Under the pieces are notes generated by a model. It was not told the origin of the DNA. It searched no databases and saw only the letters and a list, made by a program, of their open reading frames with translations. A DNA stretch of 63,612 nucleotides, counting the filler, from Actinomycetota bacterium (lineage in GTDB: Bacteria > Actinomycetota > Acidimicrobiia > Spongiisociales > UBA4744), in NCBI GenBank assembly GCA_013152275.1. It is 5 parts of 5 records of this genome, joined end to end, with 100 filler letters (N's around TTAATTAATTAA, not from the genome) between each part and the next. Parts side by side here need not be neighbours in the genome. Positions count along the whole stretch, not along the records: positions 26,109 to 50,005 come from JAADGS010000071.1; 4 more parts are not named here. One strand, written 5' to 3'. Of the stretch, positions 30,139 through 38,983 are shown one piece after another (within the stretch, counting starts at the first letter, position 1; every line of letters starts with the position of its first letter). The translations under genes were made by a program, and so were the position numbers.

Positions 30139-32061
30139 ATGTCTCGACGGTCCGTCATCCTGCGTCTGTGCGCAGTCGCAGTCGTCTCCGCCGTTGCAGC
30201 CGGATGTGTCCGCACGAGCTCGGTCGGCAACACGACGGCCACCACCACGACCACTGCCCCGGCCACCACCACGACAACAGCGGCCCCTGCGCCGACGTCA
30301 ACAACCGTCCCCCCGATCGGCGACCTCGTGGAAGGTCTGGCCGACCTGCCTTTCGCCGAGTTCCTCGAGACATCCTACGGGCGACTCATCTCCAGAGATC
30401 CGGAGTTCCTCACCTCCCTCGGTGTGGCAGATCGGTACGGGCTTGGCAACGATCGCCTCAACGACCTCTCGGACTCGTATGTCCGTCAGACGCAGAATCT
30501 GGAATCGGCGATCCTGGAACTGCTTCACGCCTATGACCGCGATGCCCTGTCGCCGGAAGAGCAAACCTCCTACGACGTGTACGAGTGGTACTTGGACGAG
30601 TTGGTACGCGGACACGAGTTCATGTACCACGACTACCCGGTCCACTACTTCCTCACCAGCTACAACGACAACCTGCTCCGTCTCTTCACCGAAGATCAGC
30701 CCATGGCGACAAAAGGCGACGCCGAGGACTACATCTCCCGGCTGAAGCAGATCCACACGCAGGTCGGCCAGCTCCTCGAAGGCCTCGAGATCCGCCGGGA
30801 TCTGGGCGTCGTTCCGCCGCGTTTCATCCTTCTCAGAACCCTTCGAACCCTGAGAAACGATCTTGGTTCCAGCTCACCAACCCTCGAATCCATCCGCGCC
30901 GACACCCTTCCACTGTTCACGGTGTTTCGAGACAAGATCGAGAAGATAGACGAGCTCGACGCCACCGACCACGACCGTCTCCTGACCGAGGCGCGCACGG
31001 CGGTGGCCGAGTCGTTCGTGCCCGCATGGCTCGCCCTCATCGATCATCTCAACTCGATCGAGCCGCTCACCACCAACGACGCCGGTGTGTGGCGGCTTCC
31101 CGATGGCGACGCCTACTACGCGTACCTGCTTCGTAATCAGACCTCCACGGACCTGAGCCCAGAGGAGATCCATCAGATCGGTCTCGAAGCCGTGGAGCGT
31201 GTCCGCACCGAGATGCGGGCGGTCTTCGACGATCTCGGCTATCCCCAAGACGTCGGCCTCGGCCCGCTGCGAAAGCGGGCGGCAGAGGAAGCCGGCTTCC
31301 TGAGCGGCAGTACCGCGGACGGTCGCCGGCAGGTCCTGGAAACGTTCGAGGCACTCATCGACGAGGCCGAACGCCGGAGTCCCAAGTACTTCGACCTCCT
31401 TCCGAAAGCTGAGGTGATCGTCGTCCCCGAGCAGGTCGGCGCAGGTGGCTTCTACATGCCGGCATCTGTCGACGGGATCCGCCCAGGGGTCTTTCATGCG
31501 GGCGTGACCGGCGGTCGGATCCCCACCTACACCATGCCGACGATCACATACCATGAGACCGTGCCCGGCCACCACCTGCAGATAGCCCTCGCCCAAGAAC
31601 TCGATCTGCCGTCGTTCCGCCGCTACTACCAGTACAACGCGTACGCTGAGGGCTGGGCCCTCTACGCCGAAAAGCTCGCCTCGGAGATGGGTCTGTATGA
31701 GGACGACCCGTACGGAGATATCGGTCGCCTCGAGCTGGAGCTGCTGCGAGCGGTCCGCCTCGTGACCGACACGGGCATCCATTCGATGGGATGGACGAGG
31801 CAGAAAGCCCAGGGCTACATGAACCGTTACGTTCCGACCTGGGCTCATGAAGTCGAGCGCTATGTGGTCGTTCCTGCGCAGGCGACCGGCTACATGATCG
31901 GCCAGCAGGAGATACTCCGCCTGCGCGAGAAGGCGGCCGATGCTCTCGGTGACGATTTTGACATCGCCGAGTTCCACGATGTCGTGCTCGGTGGTGGCAG
32001 CATCCCTCTGGATGTTCTCGAGCGCCGCATCGACGAGTACATCGCCGGCAAGGCCCGCTGA
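30139..32061 (+). CDS. DUF885 family lipoprotein (putative zinc peptidase)
   Basis: Lipobox AAGC, Thr-rich linker, HETVPGHHLQ, AYAEGWALYAE, RAVRLVTDTGIH, EVERY..PAQATGY. Confidence 0.9.
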   Translation: MSRRSVILRLCAVAVVSAVAAGCVRTSSVGNTTATTTTTAPATTTTTAAPAPTSTTVPPIGDLVEGLADLPFAEFLETSYGRLISRDPEFLTSLGVADRYGLGNDRLNDLSDSYVRQTQNLESAILELLHAYDRDALSPEEQTSYDVYEWYLDELVRGHEFMYHDYPVHYFLTSYNDNLLRLFTEDQPMATKGDAEDYISRLKQIHTQVGQLLEGLEIRRDLGVVPPRFILLRTLRTLRNDLGSSSPTLESIRADTLPLFTVFRDKIEKIDELDATDHDRLLTEARTAVAESFVPAWLALIDHLNSIEPLTTNDAGVWRLPDGDAYYAYLLRNQTSTDLSPEEIHQIGLEAVERVRTEMRAVFDDLGYPQDVGLGPLRKRAAEEAGFLSGSTADGRRQVLETFEALIDEAERRSPKYFDLLPKAEVIVVPEQVGAGGFYMPASVDGIRPGVFHAGVTGGRIPTYTMPTITYHETVPGHHLQIALAQELDLPSFRRYYQYNAYAEGWALYAEKLASEMGLYEDDPYGDIGRLELELLRAVRLVTDTGIHSMGWTRQKAQGYMNRYVPTWAHEVERYVVVPAQATGYMIGQQEILRLREKAADALGDDFDIAEFHDVVLGGGSIPLDVLERRIDEYIAGKAR

Positions 32062-32084
32062 CAGCCTTGCACCAACCCACCTTG

Positions 32085-32144
32085 CCGTTCTCGTGACGGT
32101 TCGATGGGATTATTCCCGTGAAGCGTCACGAGAACGGGGGTGGT
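32085..32144. repeat. REP-like hairpin, copy 3 (59/60 identical to copy 4)
   Basis: Same 53-bp core plus GGGTGGT. Confidence 0.92.
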
Positions 32145-32158
32145 TGGCACCATTGCGC

Positions 32159-32365
32159 TCAATCATCGAGGGCATCCTCGAGGTGAACTGCGGCGACATC
32201 AATCATCGGGGTGATCGGATGCCGATAATGCCGGAACACCATCCGCGTGTCTACGCGCCCGAGCAGGTCGGCCGACACTTCGGGGGCGACTCCTGTCGCA
32301 GAGAGGACCGAGGTTGTGGCATGACGAAGATCCTACGGAGTCACACGACCCTCAATCCCCGCCGA
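32159..32365 (-). pseudogene. Tyrosine integrase C-terminal remnant C
   Basis: Manual translation AGIEGRVTP*DLRHATTSVLSATGVAPEVSADLLGRVDTRMVFRHYRH; TAG at 32333-32335; LGH changed to LGR. Confidence 0.8.
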
Positions 32366-32427
32366 CCCAGCTGTGATAACCGGGGCGTTGTCCCCGGCGG
32401 GAACCGGCCACTACGCTCCGTCCACTG

Positions 32428-33387
32428 ATGAAGGCAGCAGTTCGCACCAGGTACGGCCCGCCGGAAGTCGTGCAGCTCGAGGAAGTCGACAGACCGACGG
32501 CCGGAGACGACGAGCTACTGATCAAGGTTGGTGCTACCACCGTCAACCGGACGGACTGCGGCTACCGCGCAGGTGCCCCGTTCCTCATCAGGTTCTTCAG
32601 CGGGCTCCGGCACCCGAAGGTCGCCATCCTCGGAACCGAATTTGCCGGAGAAGTCGTGGCGGTAGGCACAGACGTCACCTCCTACAGGTTGGGTGACAGG
32701 GTGTGTGGCTACTGCGAGGGCACATTCGGCGCTCACGCCGAATACATGACCATCCAAGCCGAGCGCTTGATTGCGCGCATCCCCACAGACTCGACGTTCG
32801 AGGAGGCTGCTCCCAGCACCGAAGGCTCTCACTACGCGCTGGGCATGCTGCGGAGCGCAGAAGTCCGAAATGGACACGACGTCCTCATCTACGGCGCAAC
32901 CGGAGCCATCGGCTCGGCGGCGGTCCAGATCGCCAAGAGCCTCGGCGCCACTGTGACCGCGGTCTGTGGCACTGCCCACGTAGCCCAGGTCGAGAGCTTG
33001 GGCGCAGACAGGGTCATCGACTACCAGACCACAGACTTCACACAGGATGAGCAGAGGTACGACCTGGTCATCGATGCGGTCGGCAAGAGCTCCTTCCGTC
33101 GATGCCGGCGCCTGCTGAAACCCCGCGGGATCTACATCTCATCGGATGTCGGGATCCTCTGGCACGGCCCGATCCTGGCGCTCATCACGCCCCTGTTCCG
33201 CGGCAGGAAGCTCATGTTCATTGTTCCGCGTCGCGACCCCGAGGGAATCACCTACCTCAAACGGCTCATCGAATCGGGAGAGTTCAAGCCGGTGATCGAC
33301 AGGCGGTATCCGCTGGACCAGATCGTCGATGCATATCAGTACGTCGAGACGGGCCAGAAGATCGGCAATGTCGTGATCACCGTCTAG
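32428..33387 (+). CDS. NAD(P)-dependent MDR oxidoreductase (quinone-reductase-like)
   Basis: YGPPEV, ILGTEFAG, IYGATGAIGSAAVQIAK, PVIDRRYPL. Confidence 0.9.
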   Translation: MKAAVRTRYGPPEVVQLEEVDRPTAGDDELLIKVGATTVNRTDCGYRAGAPFLIRFFSGLRHPKVAILGTEFAGEVVAVGTDVTSYRLGDRVCGYCEGTFGAHAEYMTIQAERLIARIPTDSTFEEAAPSTEGSHYALGMLRSAEVRNGHDVLIYGATGAIGSAAVQIAKSLGATVTAVCGTAHVAQVESLGADRVIDYQTTDFTQDEQRYDLVIDAVGKSSFRRCRRLLKPRGIYISSDVGILWHGPILALITPLFRGRKLMFIVPRRDPEGITYLKRLIESGEFKPVIDRRYPLDQIVDAYQYVETGQKIGNVVITV

Positions 33388-33662
33388 CGAGAATCCGATG
33401 AACGGGGTCTCACACCGGCCGATCCTGCGATCTGTCGCACGCTGTCGGAGAAGCGCTGCGCGGCCGGGATCGGGAGGCCGCCGACGCCCCCCGAGGCGGC
33501 CCGGGCCCGATCTGTCGAGAATCCTCCGCGAACTCTGACCGGATCCGCGGTCGTTTCGATCGGGCCCTGAGCGCAAGAGATCGAGCCGCGCCCCATGCTT
33601 GTACGCTTCTGCAGACTCCCCAGGGTCCGGCGTTGTTCCTCACTTGCGCCCACATTCAGGTG

Positions 33663-33749
33663 ACTACTGCATTGACCTCCGCAAATGATAGATATTGCAG
33701 TAGTAAGTGCAGATAGATACTTCATTTTCCCCCAATAATGAGGTATTAT
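33663..33749 (+). promoter_or_regulatory. AT-rich abiE promoter region with two inverted repeats (probable autorepression operators)
   Basis: ACTACTGCA...TGCAGTAGT (33663-33704); ATACTTCATT...AATGAGGTAT (33717-33746); TATTAT 6 nt before ATG. Confidence 0.55.
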
Positions 33750-33755
33750 GCAGCT

Positions 33756-34493
33756 ATGGCCCGGTCTAGCACGCTTCGTCGCCTTGCAGAACTCGCCGAG
33801 GATCAGTGGGGTCTCGTCACCCGCCGACAGGCCGAAAAGGCCGGCGTGCCGCGATCCACGTTCGACCGTCTGGCGGCGGACGGGTCGATCCTCGAACGAG
33901 TGGCCCACGGGGTGTACCACCTCGCGGGAGCTCCCCTGCCGGATCATGTAGCGCTGCGTGCTGCCTGGCTCCAGCTCGCCCCTGACGTCCCGGCGTGGGA
34001 CCGCACTTCAGACCAAGGAGTCGTGTCGCACCGCTCCGCCTCGGCGCTGTACGGGCTCGGGCATCTCCCGGCGGACATCCATGAGTTCACACTGCCTTCG
34101 AGACGACAGACGCGGAGGGCCGACGTCCGGCTCCATCAGCGTCCGGTCGCCAGGCACGATTGGACCGAGCTTCGCGGCCTTCCGGTCACCAGGCCGTCTC
34201 GCATCGCCGTCGACCTCCTGAGGGACCGCGAGGACCCCGAAGCGGTAGCCACCGTGATCGCCGATGCCATCAGAGGCGGCCACGAATACCCCGGTACGTT
34301 CGCCGAGGCGCTTGCTCCTCTCGCCGCCCGGTTCGGTCTCCGACGCGGTGACGGGCCCGCACTCCTCCGCTGGCTGCTCGACCTCGTCGGAGATCCCGAC
34401 ACGGCACAGTGGATCCACGAGGCGAGATCCGACATCACCGAAAAGAGACACTCCGGGTCTCCGCCGGCATCACCCGCTGCCAGGACCCTGTGA
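33756..34493 (+). CDS. Type IV toxin-antitoxin antitoxin, AbiEi family
   Basis: LAEDQWGLVTRRQA, ERVAHGVY, VVSHRSASALYGLG, GLPVTRPSR. Confidence 0.88.
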   Translation: MARSSTLRRLAELAEDQWGLVTRRQAEKAGVPRSTFDRLAADGSILERVAHGVYHLAGAPLPDHVALRAAWLQLAPDVPAWDRTSDQGVVSHRSASALYGLGHLPADIHEFTLPSRRQTRRADVRLHQRPVARHDWTELRGLPVTRPSRIAVDLLRDREDPEAVATVIADAIRGGHEYPGTFAEALAPLAARFGLRRGDGPALLRWLLDLVGDPDTAQWIHEARSDITEKRHSGSPPASPAARTL

Positions 34494-35386
34494 TGGCCGC
34501 CAATCGATCGTACGGCAGCCCGGCCGCGTTTCGCCGTGCCTTGACTGACAAGCTGCGCGACATAGCGAAGTCCAGCCCCTGGTCGCTACCGCAGCTCCAG
34601 CGGCAGATCGCTTACGACCGGTTGCTCGAACGGCTGTACCTCGTCGACGACGGCTGGATCGTGAAAGGCGCAACCGCACTCCTGGCCCGCGACCTCGGCG
34701 TGCGGGGAACGATCGATGTCGACCTCTACCGATCCGCTGCCCTCGAGGTGGCCGAAGCCGAGTTGCGACAGGCAGTGACCCAGGACATCGGAGACTGGTT
34801 CCGGTTCGAGATCGGAGCGAGGCATACGCTCTCGGGCGGCGCGGAAGGTGTCCGCCTGCCGGTCACGGCCTCGATCGGCACGACGGACTGGTGCAGCTTT
34901 CGTGTCGACATTGTTGGACCCGAGATCCGCCTCACCGGACAGCCCGAATGGGTGCCGGCGCTCGCCCGTGTTGCGATACCGGGCCTCGAACAGCACGGCT
35001 ATGTCGTCTATCCGCTCGTCGATCACATCGCCGACAAGGTGGCTGCCATCCTGCAGACCTACGGCACTGGACACGTCCCGTCGACCAGATACAAGGATCT
35101 CGTAGACCTCGTCGCCATCCTCTCGGAGGCATCGGTCGAGGCTGAACAGCAATACATCGCGCTTCGTTCGGAGGCCGACCGGCGCGGCATCGACCTGCCG
35201 AATGCCTTCTCCGTTCCCGATCGTGACCTCTGGGAAAGGGGCTACGCGGCGGAGGCCGGCCGATCGTTGCTGGACACAGCACTCACTCTGGACGAGGCAC
35301 TCGCCATCGTGACACCGTTCCTCGACCCACTCTTCCACGACACCGCCACGGGCACGTGGGACCCGAAGGGTGGTAGCTGGAAGTAG
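34490..35386 (+). CDS. Type IV toxin, AbiEii/MenT-like nucleotidyltransferase
   Basis: WIVKGATAL, RGTIDVD, HIADKVAA, STRYKDLVD; GTGA coupling to the antitoxin. Confidence 0.9.
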   Translation: MMAANRSYGSPAAFRRALTDKLRDIAKSSPWSLPQLQRQIAYDRLLERLYLVDDGWIVKGATALLARDLGVRGTIDVDLYRSAALEVAEAELRQAVTQDIGDWFRFEIGARHTLSGGAEGVRLPVTASIGTTDWCSFRVDIVGPEIRLTGQPEWVPALARVAIPGLEQHGYVVYPLVDHIADKVAAILQTYGTGHVPSTRYKDLVDLVAILSEASVEAEQQYIALRSEADRRGIDLPNAFSVPDRDLWERGYAAEAGRSLLDTALTLDEALAIVTPFLDPLFHDTATGTWDPKGGSWK

Positions 35387-35538
35387 AGCGGCACGGCGAT
35401 CCATGTTCCGGAGCGCGTGTTACGTGAACTCGAGCGCCGGCCGTAGGTCTGGCATGCGGCGGTGTCGCGGCGTGCTGCGTTCCTAGCATGGCCCCAACGT
35501 GGGGACATGCAACGTCCCGAAGGGAACGGTGGTTACCG

Positions 35539-36048
35539 ATGGCCGCAAGCGAGGACGTTGTCCGAGTCTCCCTGGACGGACGCGAGTTCACCTGTAACTA
35601 CCTCGGTCCAGAGGCCCCATACGAGCCGGCGGCAGTAACCAGTGCCGCTGTCGTTCCGCTCCTGCCTGACGGCAGGATCGTGGCTGCCGCACTCGATCGT
35701 GGAATCGACCTTCCCGGCGGACATGTCGTCGTCGAGGATGCATCGGTCGAGGCAACCGTACGAAGAGAGGCACTCGAGGAAGCGGGAATCGAGTTGGGGC
35801 CACTCGCGCTGGCTTCGGTGATCGAATCGGATTACTTCGGACCTTCTCGTCTCACCTACATGCTGAACTACGTCGGCATGGTCGTCGGCTTCCGTCCCGT
35901 GAGCACGGAGCACGAGTCCTCAGGGCGTCGAATCGTTTCGATCGAGGAGTTCCTGAACGAGTACCGCGGTGACTCACACGGCATGCGGATCATTCTGCAA
36001 CGAGCGCTTGCTTTAGCCCCACACGCCGGGATCGATCGAAAGGGGTGA
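35539..36048 (+). CDS. NUDIX hydrolase
   Basis: PGGHVVVEDASVEATVRREALEEAG Nudix box. Confidence 0.8.
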   Translation: MAASEDVVRVSLDGREFTCNYLGPEAPYEPAAVTSAAVVPLLPDGRIVAAALDRGIDLPGGHVVVEDASVEATVRREALEEAGIELGPLALASVIESDYFGPSRLTYMLNYVGMVVGFRPVSTEHESSGRRIVSIEEFLNEYRGDSHGMRIILQRALALAPHAGIDRKG

Positions 36049-36074
36049 ACTGGCACACCGCAGATCGGCCTGCA

Positions 36075-36250
36075 TTCCACGACCTCCATGCCCACGCGGC
36101 CCCCTTCATCACCGCCGGAGAGGACCCCTGCGTGATTTCCCAACGTCTCGGGTACGCCTCGATCCGGACCACCTACGGCGTCTACGGACACCTCTTCGAA
36201 TGCCCGGATAGAGAAAAAGCCGTTGCCCTGGATGCAACCCGGGCGCGACT
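36075..36250 (+). pseudogene. Tyrosine integrase C-terminal remnant A
   Basis: FHDLHAH..AGEDPCVISQRLGYASIRTTYGVYGHLF; degenerate HxLRH and LGH boxes; no N-terminal part. Confidence 0.8.
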
Positions 36251-36326
36251 ACTCCCGCAATCCTCCACCACGAGATCGCGTTCTCCGGCGTACTCGTCGG
36301 TGCGCTCGGCGCGAACCTGGCAGGTC

Positions 36327-36710
36327 TTAGGCCGTCACAGCGACCTGACTGTGGAGGCGGTCGGCCACCATCTCGACAACCGCCTCCGGCTCGAATCCGA
36401 GCTGCGCGGCCGTGGTCATCAGACGATCGATGGCGTCGCTCATGAGGCGCTCTGCCGACGGGAGCGCCACCGGCGGCGAGGACACATACGAGCCGTGCCG
36501 CCCCCGGGTGATGATCCAGCCCGCCTGCTCCAGTTCGCGGTACGCGCGGGCCACCGTGTTGGGTGCCACCCCGAGATCCCGGGCCAGTTGCCGCACCGGC
36601 GGGAGCCGGTGCCCCTGGGACAACACGCCCGAGGCTGCCATGACGGCGATCTGCCTCCGGATCTGTTCAAAGGGAGGCGTGGGATCGTGTTGATCGATCG
36701 CGATGATCAC
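36327..36710 (-). CDS. GntR (YtrA-type) transcriptional regulator
   Basis: PPFEQIRRQI..RLPPVRQLARDLGVAPNTVARAYRELE. Confidence 0.93.
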   Translation of the reverse strand: MIIAIDQHDPTPPFEQIRRQIAVMAASGVLSQGHRLPPVRQLARDLGVAPNTVARAYRELEQAGWIITRGRHGSYVSSPPVALPSAERLMSDAIDRLMTTAAQLGFEPEAVVEMVADRLHSQVAVTA

Positions 36711-37609
36711 AAGATCTCCGCCTCCGACCGCCCGCGCGCTGACGCCGGATGGGGCGACGCGAGATCAGCCATAGCTCCAAAAACCACAAAGCCGAGCGCT
36801 GGCCCGACGACGGTCAGACCGACACCGAAGACCAGGTCCCTCCACGTGGAATCGTTCGGGTAGGTGAGCAGCGGCAACGCCGCCACCAGCGTGATCGCCG
36901 ACAGGAACGTCGCGGCCGTCGTTGCCCCAGCAATCGCTCGAACCGATGTCGAGCGACGCGCCTCTTCCAGCCACAGCTCGGCCTTGTCGACGCCGCGCAG
37001 CGGTCTCCGCATGATGAACATGATGCCGACCCAACCAACGAACGCGATCGTCACCGTCGCGATCCAGATGATCCAATCCGCCGGCGGTTCGAGGGGTGTC
37101 ACTGCGTGATCGATATCGCCAAGCTTGCCGAACCAGGCCACGGCCAGGCCAACGACGAGCGCGGCAGCACTGAGCAATGACCCCCAGCGAGGAATCGCAT
37201 CTGTCGGCCGACGCCAGATGAGCTGTGCCCCACCGCTCAGGGGCCGTGGCCGGAGAAGCTCTCCCACCACTGCTCCCAACAGGTAGCCGACGACCACGAC
37301 AACCCACTGCAATCCCCCAGAGAACCAGTCGGTCCGCGCGTTTCCCGTGATGACAGGCCCGATGCCGGCCACCAACCACCCGACAACGAATCCCGCGCTG
37401 CGCCATGATCTGGTCCATCGGACATACTCGATCGCCGCCGGAACGAGCCTCTCGATAGGCACGATCCCGCAGGCGGCGAGCCACTGCTCGGCTTGTTTCC
37501 TCCCGGTACTCCTGACCCGCCACACGGCGATCCCCACCGGCAGCACCACCCACACCAGCACATACACCCAGAAACCTGGCCATCTCAGGCCGTCGATCGG
37601 ACTCCACAT
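36707..37609 (-). CDS. Hypothetical multi-pass membrane protein coupled to GntR
   Basis: About 7 hydrophobic segments; ATGA overlap with gntR. Confidence 0.75.
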   Translation of the reverse strand: MWSPIDGLRWPGFWVYVLVWVVLPVGIAVWRVRSTGRKQAEQWLAACGIVPIERLVPAAIEYVRWTRSWRSAGFVVGWLVAGIGPVITGNARTDWFSGGLQWVVVVVGYLLGAVVGELLRPRPLSGGAQLIWRRPTDAIPRWGSLLSAAALVVGLAVAWFGKLGDIDHAVTPLEPPADWIIWIATVTIAFVGWVGIMFIMRRPLRGVDKAELWLEEARRSTSVRAIAGATTAATFLSAITLVAALPLLTYPNDSTWRDLVFGVGLTVVGPALGFVVFGAMADLASPHPASARGRSEAEIL

Positions 37610-37828
37610 ATTGTATTAATGTATCAGATCATCAATGCAATCGCAACAACGACCGACCTGCGGTTCCGGCGCCCCCTCCTTGCAGTTCGAGGCTCCTGAA
37701 CGGACTGTCGCGGGTTTTCCGAGACTCTGGCGAAAGGGTTGGAGAGACCTCGAGGACAAAGATCCGCCCGAGCGTGGGTCTGTGCGGCAGCCCAATCCGC
37801 AGGCTGCTTCGGTCACTATGGTGGCGTG

Positions 37829-38299
37829 GTGAGCATTCGAGACGCAGGTAGCGCCGACGTCAATGCGATCGTGGACTTGGCAGCGCGCAAGCGTGCACAG
37901 TACGCCGAGTACAACCCCGCCTTCCACAAACCGGCGGCCGATGCCCGTGAGAAGCATGCTCCCTTCATCGCCAACCTGATCGAGTCCGAGGAAGTGATCT
38001 CCCTCGTCTACGACGATGGCAACGAAGCCACCGGCTTCGCCATCGGAATGCTCGTCGACCCGCCTCCTGTCTACGACCCCGGCGGCAAGACCTGCTTGGT
38101 GGACGACTTCATGGTGAACAAAGCCGACGCGTGGCCGTCCGTCGGACGTGCCCTGCTGGACGCGATCACCGAGATGGCACGAGCCCGGGGCGCTACACAG
38201 ATCGTCGTGACTTGCGGCCCGAACGACACACCCAAACGGACCATGCTCGCCTCCGCCGACTGTACGGTCGTGACCGAGTGGCTCACCAAGCCTCTCTGA
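37829..38299 (+). CDS. GNAT family acetyltransferase
   Basis: IRDAGSADV, PPVYDPGG..LVDDF, VGRALL..ARARGA. Confidence 0.8.
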   Translation: MSIRDAGSADVNAIVDLAARKRAQYAEYNPAFHKPAADAREKHAPFIANLIESEEVISLVYDDGNEATGFAIGMLVDPPPVYDPGGKTCLVDDFMVNKADAWPSVGRALLDAITEMARARGATQIVVTCGPNDTPKRTMLASADCTVVTEWLTKPL

Positions 38300-38310
38300 G
38301 CCGAGAACGG

Positions 38311-38440
38311 TTCGAGGACCCGTACGTCGTCTCCCAGCGCCTCGGACATGCCTCGATCCACACGACCTACGACGTCTCCGTGCGCGTGCCCACGGGCCAG
38401 GATCGGGAGGCCGCCAATGCCCTCAAGACGGCTCGAACCT
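38311..38440 (+). pseudogene. Tyrosine integrase C-terminal remnant B (paralogous to remnant A)
   Basis: EDPYVVSQRLGHASIHTTYDV..GQDREAANAL. Confidence 0.8.
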
Positions 38441-38441
38441 C

Positions 38442-38501
38442 CCGTTCTCGTGACGCTTCGATGGGATTATTCCCGTGAAGCGTCACGAGAACGGGGGTGG
38501 T
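38442..38501. repeat. REP-like hairpin, copy 4, abutting the tRNA-Ala 3' CCA
   Basis: 59/60 identity to 32085-32144; its last 4 nt are the tRNA ACCA. Confidence 0.92.
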
Positions 38502-38574
38502 GGAGCTGAGGGGATTTGAACCCCTGACCCCTTGCATGCCATGCAAGTGCTCTGCCGAGCTGAGCTACAGCCCC
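38498..38574 (-). tRNA. tRNA-Ala(GGC)
   Basis: GGGGCTGTAGCTCAG..CTTGC-ATGGCAT-GCAAG..GGTTCAAATCC..CAGCTCCACCA; full cloverleaf, G3:U70, encoded CCA. Confidence 0.97.
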
Positions 38575-38605
38575 AAGTGCGGACGTGGAGTGTACCAGGA
38601 CGTGC

Positions 38606-38980
38606 TCAAGCTTCGGTCGGCGCGGGCTCCCATTCCACGCGGGGCGCATCGCCCCAGAGCCGCTCGAGGCTGAAGTACTCACGGGTCGCCGGTTGGAACA
38701 GATGGACGACCACATCCCCATAGTCGAGAAGCACCCACTCTGCTTCCTTGCGCCCTTCTCTGCGCAACGGACGCCGACCCTCGTCCTGCAACCTGAACTC
38801 GACCTCGTCGGCAAGGCTCTGCACATGACGGTTGGACGTGCCTGAAGCGATCACGAACACGTCGGTGATCCACAGGAGCTTGGAGACATCGAGAAGGACG
38901 ACGTCGATACCTTTCTTGGCGTCGATCACTTGCGCGACGAGGCGGGCAAGCTGTCGACTGTCATTCCTAGGCTCGATGAT
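38606..38980 (-). CDS. rsfS: Ribosome silencing factor (start uncertain: ATC 38980 proposed; first canonical GTG 38929)
   Basis: DAKKG..LLDV..TDVFVIASG.SNRHV, REG..WVLLDYGDVVVHLF..REYFSLERLW. Confidence 0.9.
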   Translation of the reverse strand: MIEPRNDSRQLARLVAQVIDAKKGIDVVLLDVSKLLWITDVFVIASGTSNRHVQSLADEVEFRLQDEGRRPLRREGRKEAEWVLLDYGDVVVHLFQPATREYFSLERLWGDAPRVEWEPAPTEA

Positions 38981-38983
38981 CGC

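Noticed and set aside
36045..36863. 272-aa ORF as an intact integrase
   Set aside because: Only about 60 aa are integrase-like, with broken catalytic motifs; the rest is antisense to gntR
30034..38501. Hairpin repeats as integron attC sites or a CRISPR array
   Set aside because: GTT/AAC order is opposite to attC, there is no IntI, copies are kilobases apart and no cas genes are present
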